Assembly (NCBI GenBank): GCA_002269645.1
Contig: NIVC01005243.1
Location: 1-18,497, forward strand
DNA from: Macrostomum lignano
Taxonomy: Eukaryota
Direction of reading: 5' to 3'
Length of the DNA stretch: 18,497 bases
Positions 9,901-17,886 of the stretch are shown one piece after another. The position numbers were made by a program, and so were the translations under genes. The notes below the pieces were generated by a model. It searched no databases and was not told where the DNA came from. It saw only the letters and a program-made list of their open reading frames with translations. Position 1 is the stretch's first letter; every line of letters starts with the position of its first letter.

Positions 9901-12900
9901 CAGCCTCTCCATCAGGTACCTTGGCCCGCCAACGAAGCTTGAGGACAGAAGCACATGTGCGGGCTTGCCTATGTCACTCGGATCTCTGTCCGTAGATCTG
10001 CCATCAGCTGCAAACAGAGCGTCCCGCAGACCGCTGTACGTCTCGCTGCGCAGGTCCTGCTGATGGGTCCGCAAATACAGCAGCCTCTCTGCCTCAATCT
10101 TTGCACACATGTCCACCAGGTACTGCTGAAACAACCTTCGGCCATAGTGCAGCACACTGAACTGGCCCGCTCGCACCATGATTTCGCTTGCATAGTATTT
10201 CATGGGGGTCAGTTTCTTGTCATTACTCATCCGCAACTCCGGGTGCCAGCCATCTTCGCCATTCGGGAACAGCAGCACATACTCCAGCGGGTCATATGAG
10301 CGGTGCGTCTCACTGATTCGCTGAGAACCGCCCCACGCAGTTGAATCACGACGTCCCGACTGGCCGGTGCGTCCTCATTGTCCTCAACGATCAGGATACC
10401 GACCTCATTTGCCGTAGGCAAGTTGTAGCGCCTGATTTTAAACGGAGTTTGTGGGACACAAATTCTGTACAAATTGAATCACGTACTTATTACGCATTTT
10501 TGCGAGTTCGAGTTACAATCAAAATTCATAATCTCATTTTGATTTCGCTTTCGTTTACATTTTTAAATTTCGTTATAACAAACACGCTAACTTACCGAAT
10601 GTGTTCCCCAGATGGTCGACGGTCAGGGTGAATCACAATTCGCGCATCTCCCAGCTCTGGGTCTTGGCTAATTCGCTCAGCAGCAGCCTTCAGGCTGCGG
10701 ACATAGCCGTTGCACTCGTGAAGCAGCGTCTGCAGCAGCTCCAGTAGTTCCGGCTTCACCTTTTGGCTGAGACTCTGGCGGCTTTCGAGTTCGCGATCAT
10801 TGAAATACACCTGCCATCCCTGAGCTTCAGCAGAATCCTCTGCAAACAGCGGCGCCGTGCGGTGATGCATCTGGCCGCTGATGATGAAGCTAGGACACCA
10901 GCCTGGCACCAACCGCAGTTTGGCACCCAGCGATGTCAGGTGCAGCGCCGAGTTGTAGCTCCTGATGTTGGCCAGGAACGCGGCACTCAATCTGTGCCGC
11001 CCCATGTACAGATCCGCCAGCACTTGAGGCACGGTGCGGCTGGGCAGCTTCACCTTGCCTTTGGCGCAGCAGAAATTCCTGGTCTCTGCGCGCCAGAGTA
11101 GAGCACCACATTCCTGGCATGCCCTGTCCATTGGGCCGCACTCATGGGCCGTGGCCTCTGGCCTCGGTATTCTGTCAGGCCTGTGATCGAATTATATGCG
11201 TGCACAAATGGTAACTATAATATAGACTGCCGATATTTATGAAATGTAAAGTGTATTATGTAGTGCAATATAAAAAATTACTGTGACCAGTAGCACAAAA
11301 AAGCCTACCTATTTTGAGCAGATCCTGCATCAGAATGACCTGCACCAAAATGACCTGACCCAGAAAGATCTGCCCCCTGCTCCGTTAAACTCGGCGCCTC
11401 TGTATCTGCAACGGGCTCGGAAACTGGCAGTGGATCAGTCACGCGCAACGACTCATAGTGCTCATGACGTAAAAGGATGCGCACAATTGCAGTGGGTGGC
11501 TGCACAGTGGACATGCAGTACTGCAATACACTGCCATTTGCCTGATAAATAACCAGGTCAACATTGAAAAAACGGCTTAAAAGTGGCACGACTTCATCAG
11601 GAACATAGGTGCCCTCAGAAAAAGAGTCGTTAATAATGGAATCAGCATTTTCCGGTAAAATAAAACCTTCGTCAATCAGTTCTGGCATTACCTGCACTGC
11701 ACGGCATGTCAGTTCATGCCTTAAAGACGCTGCATTGGTCTCAAGCGGAGTGCCCTGCAACTGGTCACATACTGCATGAAAAAAGCAATTTCCATCACCC
11801 GGGATCCGAACAACAGTTAGCGTATTGAATGGGACCACAGCTCGTGTGGCCAACTCACCGCTGCCAAACCTGAAAGATTGAAATTATACTTCTGACTCTG
11901 AAAAACTCATTAACAGTTAAGACATAAAAACTTTGACTCATTCTTAAAAATACATATTCTTAGAAACTCATTATCTTCAGTACAAATTCTTAAAATATGA
12001 TTCACAAATACTGTTTCTTAGAAACTAATTCTCGAAAATACAGATTCTTAGACAGTCATTCTTACAAATTAAGATTCTTAGAAAAGTTTGTTGCAAATGT
12101 AGATTCTTATAAACATTCCTAAAAATACGGGTACTTAGAAACTTAATAGTCACAACTACAGATTCCTAGAAATAGAGTACAGAATTCTTAGAAACAGAAA
12201 CCCTTTCTTACAAATACAGACTGTTAGAAACATTCCTAGAGTAACAGATTCTTAAAAACGTTTCTTAAAAATACACATTCCTACAAATACAGATTCTTAG
12301 AAAACACTTTCTTAAAAATACAGATTCTTAGAAATGTTTTTTTAAATGCAGATTCCTAGAAACTCTTTTTATCCAATTCTGATTCCTAGAAACGTTTCTT
12401 AAAAATACACCCTCTTTTAAAAACTCATATCTCTATAATAATTCAATAATTTTTCAAATTAAATTAAAATGGTCCTCTCACCTGTCAACTGAAACTCCTC
12501 GACGGCGAATTTGGTCGGCTTCCATTCGAGCTCTTCGCTGAGCCTCAGTTTCTGTGGCCCTGCGCTCAATTGTGCGCCGCCGATCTGCAGCCAGGCGCTC
12601 TTCGCGCAGAGCGTCGGTCTCCCTGGCCCTACGCTCAGTCTCCTGCTGCCGGAGTGCAGCCAGGCGCTCTTCGCGCTGAGTGTCGGTCTCCCTGGCCCTA
12701 CGCTCAGTCTCCTGCTGCCGGAGTGCAGCCAGGCGCTCTTCGCGCTGAGTGTCGGTCTCCCTGGCCCTACGCTCAGTCTCCTGCTGCCGGAGTGCAGCCA
12801 GGCGCTCTTCGCGCTGAGTGTCGGTCTCCCTGGCCCTACGCTCAGTCTCCTGCTGCCGGAGTGCAGCCAGGCGCTCTTCGCGCTGAGTGTCGGTCTCCCT

Positions 12901-13236
12901 GGCCCTAAGCTCAGTCTCCTGCTGCCGGAGTGCAGCCAAGCGCTCTTCGCGCTGAGTGTCGGTCTCCCTGGCCCTACGCTCAGTCTCCTGCTGCCGGAGT
13001 GCAGCCAGGCGCTCTTCGCGCTGAGTGTCGGTCTCCCTGGCCCTACGCTCAGTCTCCTGCTGCCGGAGTGCAGCCAGGCGCTCTTCGCGCTGAGTGTCGG
13101 TCTCCCTGGCCCTACGCTCAGTCTCCTGCTGCCGGAGTGCAGCCAGGCGCTCTTCTCGTTGAACAGCGGTCTCTTGCTGACGCTTCTTCTTGGCGTCTCT
13201 GCTCTTTTTTAAAGCGCTGGTGCCACGTCGAGCCAT
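6226..13236 (-). CDS. Helitron RepHel transposase (STPR repeats - OTU - Zn finger - HUH Rep - PIF1 helicase), 9 exons, about 1835 aa; one 1-nt frameshift (possible pseudogene or sequencing error)
   Basis: Exons (minus): 13236-12482, 11869-11309, 11180-10596, 10431-9663, 9510-9168, 9091-8782, 8678-7657, 7546-7150, 6990-6226. They sum to 5507 nt, or 5508 (1836 codons) with one G restored at 10331-10334. All junction phases match, and splicing rebuilds conserved motifs across junctions: EYQKRG|LPHVH, MDNR|WVVPY, ILGFE|VHDRFP, AHST|FKIP, LLKQ|IGSG. Confidence 0.93.
7150..7546 (-). CDS. RepHel exon 8: PIF1 helicase motifs II-IV
   Basis: LIVWDEISM (Walker B), PFGGLVFVCAGDFRQLLPV, LTRNIR. Acceptor GTCAG|G at 7547 and donor CAG|GTAAGT at 7149. 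Confidence 0.93.
7657..8678 (-). CDS. RepHel exon 7: Rep-helicase linker and PIF1 helicase motifs I/Ia
   Basis: STLTAFF, YTEVPSYFVW, ARMYTVSP, FYVRMLL, GPTSFEAL; Walker A FLDAPAGTGKTFL; AASGIAATLLPGGQTAHS. Donor AC|GTGAGT at 7656. Confidence 0.93.
8782..9091 (-). CDS. RepHel exon 6: Rep motif 3 (two catalytic tyrosines)
   Basis: WVVPYSP...HMNVEVC...SVKYVIKYLLKG (YxxKYxxK), DEIKEYLSARYIGPMEA. Acceptor CCACAG|G at 9092 and donor GAA|GTAATA at 8781. Confidence 0.9.
9168..9510 (-). CDS. RepHel exon 5: HUH motif 2 and Cys/His cluster
   Basis: (G)LPHVHFLLW, VKTHMIHGPCG...CPCMENGECSKGFPK, GYPLYRR. Acceptor TTTAG|G at 9511 and GC-type donor AG|GCGAGT at 9167. Confidence 0.88.
9663..10431 (-). CDS. 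RepHel exon 4: Helitron-like N domain and Rep motif 1; contains the frameshift
   Basis: RYNLPTANEV, then a frameshift, then SYDPLEYVLLFPNGEDGW, RLFQQYLVD, SSSFVGGPRY, FGKPDLFVTATCNPNWPEI (motif 1), EYQKRG. Donor G|GTGAGT at 9662. Confidence 0.9.
10596..11180 (-). CDS. RepHel exon 3: Zn-finger-like region (CxxC...CC) and conserved Helitron N-terminal region
   Basis: CQECGALLW...NFCCAKGKVKLP, FLANIRSYNSALHLTSLG, IISGQMHHR, HPDRRPSGEHIR. Acceptor ACAG|G at 11181 and donor CG|GTAAG at 10595. Confidence 0.9.
11309..11869 (-). CDS. RepHel exon 2: OTU-family cysteine protease (deubiquitinase-like) domain
   Basis: VVRIPGDGNCFFHAV (Asp/Cys box) and ILLRHEHYES (His box). Acceptor TTTCAG|G at 11870 and donor AG|GTAGGC at 11308. 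561 nt, phase 2-2. Confidence 0.9.
11890..12420. repeat. Degenerate approximately 29-30-bp tandem repeat filling RepHel intron 1
   Basis: About 16 copies of a CTTAAAAATACAGATTCTTAGAAAC-like unit. Confidence 0.85.
12482..13236 (-). CDS. RepHel exon 1: basic N-terminus plus ten 23-aa STPR-like repeats
   Basis: ATG at 13236 (MARRGTSALKK...). Repeat unit ETDTQREERLAALRQQETERRAR. Ends at AG|GTGAGAG donor, phase 2. Confidence 0.85.
12484..13173 (-). repeat. 69-bp coding tandem repeat (STPR-like), 10 units, the central 7 nearly identical
   Basis: Among the central units I saw only two differences, at about 12908 (R->L) and 12939 (synonymous). Confidence 0.97.
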
Positions 13237-13399
13237 TTTAGAGTTTCGATTTGAAATAGGAATTAAATTGAAGTTAGGAGTCAGAATGAAAATTAAGGAA
13301 TAAAATAGGAAAGAGTTGAAAAATAATATAGGAATGGGAAAGAAAAGTAAAGATAGCGCGAGAGGTTGTGTGAATATAGACAAAGATAAGAAGACTACC

Positions 13400-13570
13400 A
13401 ATACCTTTTAACTCAGCGCACCACCCACCCCAAAAGCTGTACATTGTTCAGTGTTCATATATACTCCAGCACCCGCTGCTAATTGGCCAAGCCCATTAAA
13501 GCTAAAGTTATTTCTACAAAACTGCTAATAAATTGGTCAAAGTCAAGAATCGTTTAACCAATGCGATGTA
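13400..13570 (-). promoter_or_regulatory. Putative RepHel promoter
   Basis: Two minus-strand CCAAT motifs (+ ATTGG near 13482 and 13533) and a TATATA-like stretch near 13457, upstream of the ATG at 13236. Positional inference only. Confidence 0.25.
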
Positions 13571-13792
13571 CAAGCATTGAAAAGTCGCCACTCTATGCGC
13601 CAGTGACTATTCTGAAATGAAAGTTAGGAGAAAACTGAGGGGTATCTTTAATCCGTCCAACCCTCAAACACCACCCCCCCCCCACTTCATTCTACCCAAG
13701 TCTGCCGCGTGGCGTATGCTGTTGCGTCACTCGCAAAATTGAGAAACCTTACCTGCACTCTCAAAAGTGGCGATCACAGACGGAAATTTCAG

Positions 13793-13962
13793 CTCTAGGC
13801 TAGCTCTCATCGAAGTTATAATGAATTTCTAGCACTTATATTCAACACTCACACCGAGTCATGTAGAGTAAAAGTCACACGAAGCAGTTGACATAATCAA
13901 TTTCTTAGGCAAGTCAGTACCAGTGTCTATAAAAGTTAACAATATGGTTACGCAATATAAAT
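13793..13962. repeat. About 165-bp dispersed repeat B, copy 1
   Basis: Shares CTCTAGGCTAGCTCTCATCG, CACACGAAGCAGTT and AGTTAACAATATGGTTACGCAAT with 17334-17494. Confidence 0.92.
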
Positions 13963-13970
13963 TGACTCTT

Positions 13971-14826
13971 ATATGATTTTTTTCATGACGCTTCTATGAT
14001 TTTTACATGACGCTTCTATGATTTTTTACATGACGCTTCTATGATTTTTACATGACGCTTCTATGATTTTTTAAATGAAGCTTCCATGATTTTTTAGATG
14101 ACGCTTCTATGATTTTTTAGATGACGCTTCTATGATTTTTTAGATGACGCTTCTATGATTTTTTAAATGAAGCTTCCATGATTTTTTAGATGACGCTTCT
14201 ATGATTTTTTAGATGACGCTTCTATGATTTTTTAGATGACGCTTCTATGATTTTTTAAATGAAGCTTCCATGATTTTTTAGATGACGCTTCTATGATTTT
14301 TTAGATGACGCTTCTATGATTTTTTAGATGACGCTTCTATGATTTTTTAGATGACGCTTCTATGATTTTTACATGACGCTTCTATGATTTTTACATGACG
14401 CTTCTATGATTGTTTACATGACGCTTCTATGATTTTTTTAAATGACGCTTCCATGATTTTAAAATGACTCTTCTACGATTTTTCACATGACGCTTCTATG
14501 ATTGTTTACATGACGCTTCTATGATTTTTTGCATGACGCTTCTACGATTTTTACATGACGCTCCTATGACTTTTTTAAATGACGCTTCTATGATTTTTAT
14601 ATGACGCTTCTACGATTTTTATATGACGCTTCTATGATTGTTGAAATGACGCATCTATGATTTTTATATGACGCTTCTATGATTGTTTACATGACGCTTC
14701 TATGATTGTTAACATGACGCTTCTATGATTTTTTACATGACGCTTTTATGATTTTTACATGACGCTTCTATGATTGTTTACATGACGCTTCTATGATTGT
14801 TTACATGACGCTTCTTTGATTGTCAT
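13971..14826. repeat. Minisatellite II, array 1 (22-23-bp unit ATGACGCTTCTATGATTTTT(T)AC, about 38 copies)
   Basis: Direct tandem repetition; an ATGAAGCTTCC variant recurs at 14075, 14167 and 14259 (92-bp higher-order period). Confidence 0.97.
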
Positions 14827-14846
14827 GTAAAAAATAAAAGTATTTT

Positions 14847-15900
14847 GTACTTTGATTGGGGAGCCAAATAAATGCAATACACGTTTTTTTAATAAGCTAC
14901 ATGTATCCTTGAAATCTTAAAAAATCTCCTGTCAAACCTTGTAAGCCTTGACATGTCAGTTATTCCCCCCCCCACAAGCTTTGACATATCAACTTCCCCC
15001 CTTGACATCTCAGCAATGCCCCCAATAAGCCTTGGAAATCTAAAAATATCTGTCAACCTTCTAACCCTAGCCTAACCCTAACCCTAACCTAACATTGAAA
15101 TTTCAGTAATTCTCTCTAAGAGTCACTATAGCACTACTACAGCATTATAGCGATTTCCTGCAAGCCTCGACATCGTAGGGATTCCCAAATGAATCTCTTA
15201 ACTTCGACATGAAGCTTCTTTTATTTTTTACATTACGCTTTTTTTATCAGCGATCCCTCCCCTGAGGAGGCATCAAATAATGTAATAAAAAGTTTTCAAT
15301 AAACTACATGTAGCTTCTGACTTTAGCCTTGAAATCTCATTTATACCCCGTGAGCCTTGACATCTCAGCTATTCCCCCCGTAAGCCTTAACATGTCAGCG
15401 ATGGCCTCCATAAACCTTGAAATCTAAAAAATCCCCTGTTATTCTGTTAACCTTGAAACCCGATAAAATATAACCCTCAACCCACACCTGACCTAAACCT
15501 AACTTTAACCCAACCTAAAGCCTTGAAATCTCAGCAATTCTTCTCCCCTAAGCCTTGACATTTTAGTGATTCCTTCTTTAAGAATCACAGCACTATAACG
15601 ATTTCCACCAAGCTTTGACATCGTAGCAATTCCCAAATGAATCTTTTAACTTGAACATGACTTTTCTTTTATGTATAGCTCGTACATACGCTCGTAGTGC
15701 TACTTTTATTTTTTACATGACTCTTCTTCTATAAGCGCCTCCCGTGGCGAGCCAACAAAGAATGCAATAAAAAAATTGAGTAAAGTACATGAACTTTGAA
15801 GTAGCTTCTGACTTTTGCTTTGACATCTCAAAACCCCCCCCCCCGTAATCTCAGCAGTTATTCTCTGAGAGCCTTTACGTCTCAGTTTTTCTCCCCAGCA
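14847..15900. repeat. Two and a half degenerate tandem copies of a 400-480-bp unit (AAGCCTTGACAT sub-repeats, CCCTAA-like tracts), homologous to 17870-18200
   Basis: Units start near 14847, 15256 and 15735 with shared ...AATGCAATA...AATAA.CTACATGTA. 14847-14938 closely matches 17879-17965. The segment CGACATCGTAG..ATTCCCAAATGAATCT..TAACTT is shared at about 15168-15210 and 15617-15660. Confidence 0.85.
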
Positions 15901-15929
15901 CAGCATTATAGCTGCATTTAATTTTTGAT

Positions 15930-17226
15930 TTTTATGATTTTCTATGATTTTTAAATGACGCTTCTACGATTTTTACATGACGCTTCTATGATTTTTTACA
16001 TGACGCTTCTATGATTTTTTACATGACGCTTCTATGATTGTTTACATGACGCTTCTATGATTTTTTAAATGACGCTTCTATGATTGTTTACATGACGCTT
16101 CTATGATTGTTTACATGACGCTTCTATGATTTTTTACATGACGCTTCTATGATTGTTTACATGACGCTTCTATGATTGTTTACATGACGCTTCTATGATT
16201 GTTTACATGACGCTTCTATGATTCTTTACGTGACGCTTTTATGATTTTCACATGACGCTTTATGATTTTTTAAATGACGCATCTATGATTTTTATATGAC
16301 GCTTCTATGATTTTTTTAAATGACGCTTCTATGATTGTTTACATGATGCTTCTATGATTTTTTAAATGACGCATCTATGATTTTTTTACATGACGCTTCT
16401 ATGATTCTTTACATGACGCTTCTATGATTGTTTACATGACGCTACTATGATTTTTTTACATGATGCTTCTATGATTGTTTACATGACGCTTCTATGATTG
16501 TTTACATGACGCTTCTATGATTTTTTCATGACGCTTCTGTGATTGTTTACATGACGCTTCTATGATTGTTTACATGATGCTTTTATGATTGCTTACATGA
16601 CGCTTCTATGATTGTTTACATGACGCTTCTATGATTGTTTACATGACGCTTCTATGATTGCTTACATGACGCTTCTATGATTGTTTACATGACTCTTCTA
16701 TGATTTTTTACATGACGCTTCTATGGTTTTTACATGACGCTTCTATGATTTTTACATGACGCTTCTATGATTTTTTATATGACGCTTCTATGATTTTTTT
16801 AAATGATGCATCTATGATTTTTATATGACGCTTCTATGATTTTTTACATGACGCTTCTATGATTGTTTACATGACGCTTCCATGATTTTTTAAATGACGC
16901 ATCTATGATTTTTATATGACGCTTCTATGATTTTTTTAAATGACGCTTCTATGATTGTTTACATGATGCTTCTATGATTTTTTAAATGACGCATCTATGA
17001 TTTTTATATGATGCTTCTATGATTGTTTACATGACGCTCCTATGATTTTTTACATGATTCTTTTATGATCGTTTACATGACGCTTCTATGATTTTTAAAT
17101 GATGCTTCTATGATTTTTAAATGACGCTTCTACGATTTTTTACATGACGCTTCTATGATTGTTTACATGACGCTCCTATGATTTTTTACATGACGCTTCT
17201 ATGATTCATTACATGACGCTTCTTTT
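15930..17226. repeat. Minisatellite II, array 2 (about 57 copies)
   Basis: Same unit as array 1; internal identical block at 16262-16385 and 16882-17005. Confidence 0.97.
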
Positions 17227-17333
17227 TAAAAAGTCTTTTAGTTTTCCTGACGTTGAAAAGCTTTAATTAAAAAAATTATACTCTATGAAAATTCGAACCA
17301 TCGTCGCTGCATTTAGCAGTTCAGTCTGTTCAC

Positions 17334-17494
17334 CTCTAGGCTAGCTCTCATCGTTTTGATAACATCAAATTTTGCACTTATATAATTCAACAGTTTAAAA
17401 TCCAAGCATAGAGTAAATCACACGAAGCAGTTATGACATAATCAGTTTCTCAGTCAGTCAGTATCAGTTAACAATATGGTTACGCAATTTAAAT
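17334..17494. repeat. About 165-bp dispersed repeat B, copy 2
   Basis: Direct-orientation diverged copy of 13793-13962. Confidence 0.92.
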
Positions 17495-17802
17495 CAAGTC
17501 TGGTGCTACGCTTCCACACTGCATTTTCAATTCAAGTCGGAGTTACAATTCAGTGATGATGCAATCTATTTCAGAACCAGAATTCAACCAGTCAGTTTTT
17601 TCTCTAGCATTCTTACAATGCATTTCAAGTCGAAAAGTTTGCTTGACCTTTGCAAAAAAGCATGTTTTTCGAATATTTAATGCCTTTAGCATCGAGCAAT
17701 TTCTTAGCCGCGATGCATGTACAGTCACGGGAAAATTTCTGATCGAACAGTGCAAGTTTGAACAAAATCGGTCCAGCCATTTTTTCTCTAATCGATCACA
17801 TA

Positions 17803-17840
17803 GATAGATAGATAGATAGATAGATAGACACAGACAGACC
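17803..17840. repeat. (GATA)n/(GACA)n microsatellite just inside the Helitron 5' end
   Basis: TAGATAGATAGATAGATAGATAGATAGACACAGACAGAC, about 20 nt from the minus-strand TC terminus. Confidence 0.95.
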
Positions 17841-17857
17841 ATTTTTAGTATATAGGA

Positions 17858-17886
17858 CTAGCAATCTACGCCCCCCGTTGGGGAGC
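17858..17886 (-). other. Helitron 3' terminus (GC-rich hairpin + CTAG) of an adjacent upstream element
   Basis: Minus strand GCTCCCC-AAC-GGGGGGC (7-bp stem, 1 mismatch), 8-nt spacer, CTAG, then T. This is the canonical Helitron 3' signature. Confidence 0.8.

Larger units (their letters stand above)
1..17857 (-). mobile_element. Helitron (canonical Helitron1 type) rolling-circle DNA transposon; 5' TC end at 17857, 3' end probably outside the window
   Basis: Contains a RepHel gene with HUH Rep motifs and PIF1 helicase motifs, an RPA70-like gene and an OTU domain, all known Helitron cargo. On the minus strand it begins TCCTATATACTAAAAATGG followed by a microsatellite at 17857. Rep motif 2 reads KRGLPHVH (L, not the S usually seen in Helentrons). 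The boundaries, and whether the 5' end at 17857 belongs to the same copy as the RepHel gene, are inferred. Confidence 0.85.

Noticed and set aside
6296-11552. Numerous short overlapping or antisense ORFs across RepHel (e.g. 6340..6648, 7211..7618, 9250..9600, 10763..11101)
   Set aside because: They are expected by-products of GC-rich coding sequence and show no motifs.
11853-11869. GTGAGT at 11858 as the donor of an 11-nt micro-exon
   Set aside because: The frame continues uninterrupted into the OTU domain, and I could not identify a supporting downstream partner; this cannot be fully excluded without RNA data.
12511-13241. Plus-strand repetitive ORFs (12511..13212, 12570..12908, 12930..13241)
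   Set aside because: Antisense shadows of the 69-bp coding repeat.
13237-13401. Hydrophobic N-terminal extension of ORF 12478..13401 as a signal or transmembrane segment
   Set aside because: It translates a T-rich non-coding leader from a non-ATG start; the first ATG (13236) begins a basic, nuclear-type sequence.
15061-15093. A true telomere or chromosome end
   Set aside because: The tracts are short, degenerate and internal, and are embedded in a repeated unit.
17543-17842. ORFs 17543..17842 (-) and 17553..17807 (+)
   Set aside because: They span the microsatellite and the non-coding 5' terminus and have no recognisable domain.
1-17857. Helentron/Helitron2 classification
   Set aside because: I found no AP-endonuclease domain after the helicase and no subterminal inverted repeats; Rep motif 2 is RGLPH and the termini are TC/CTAG type.
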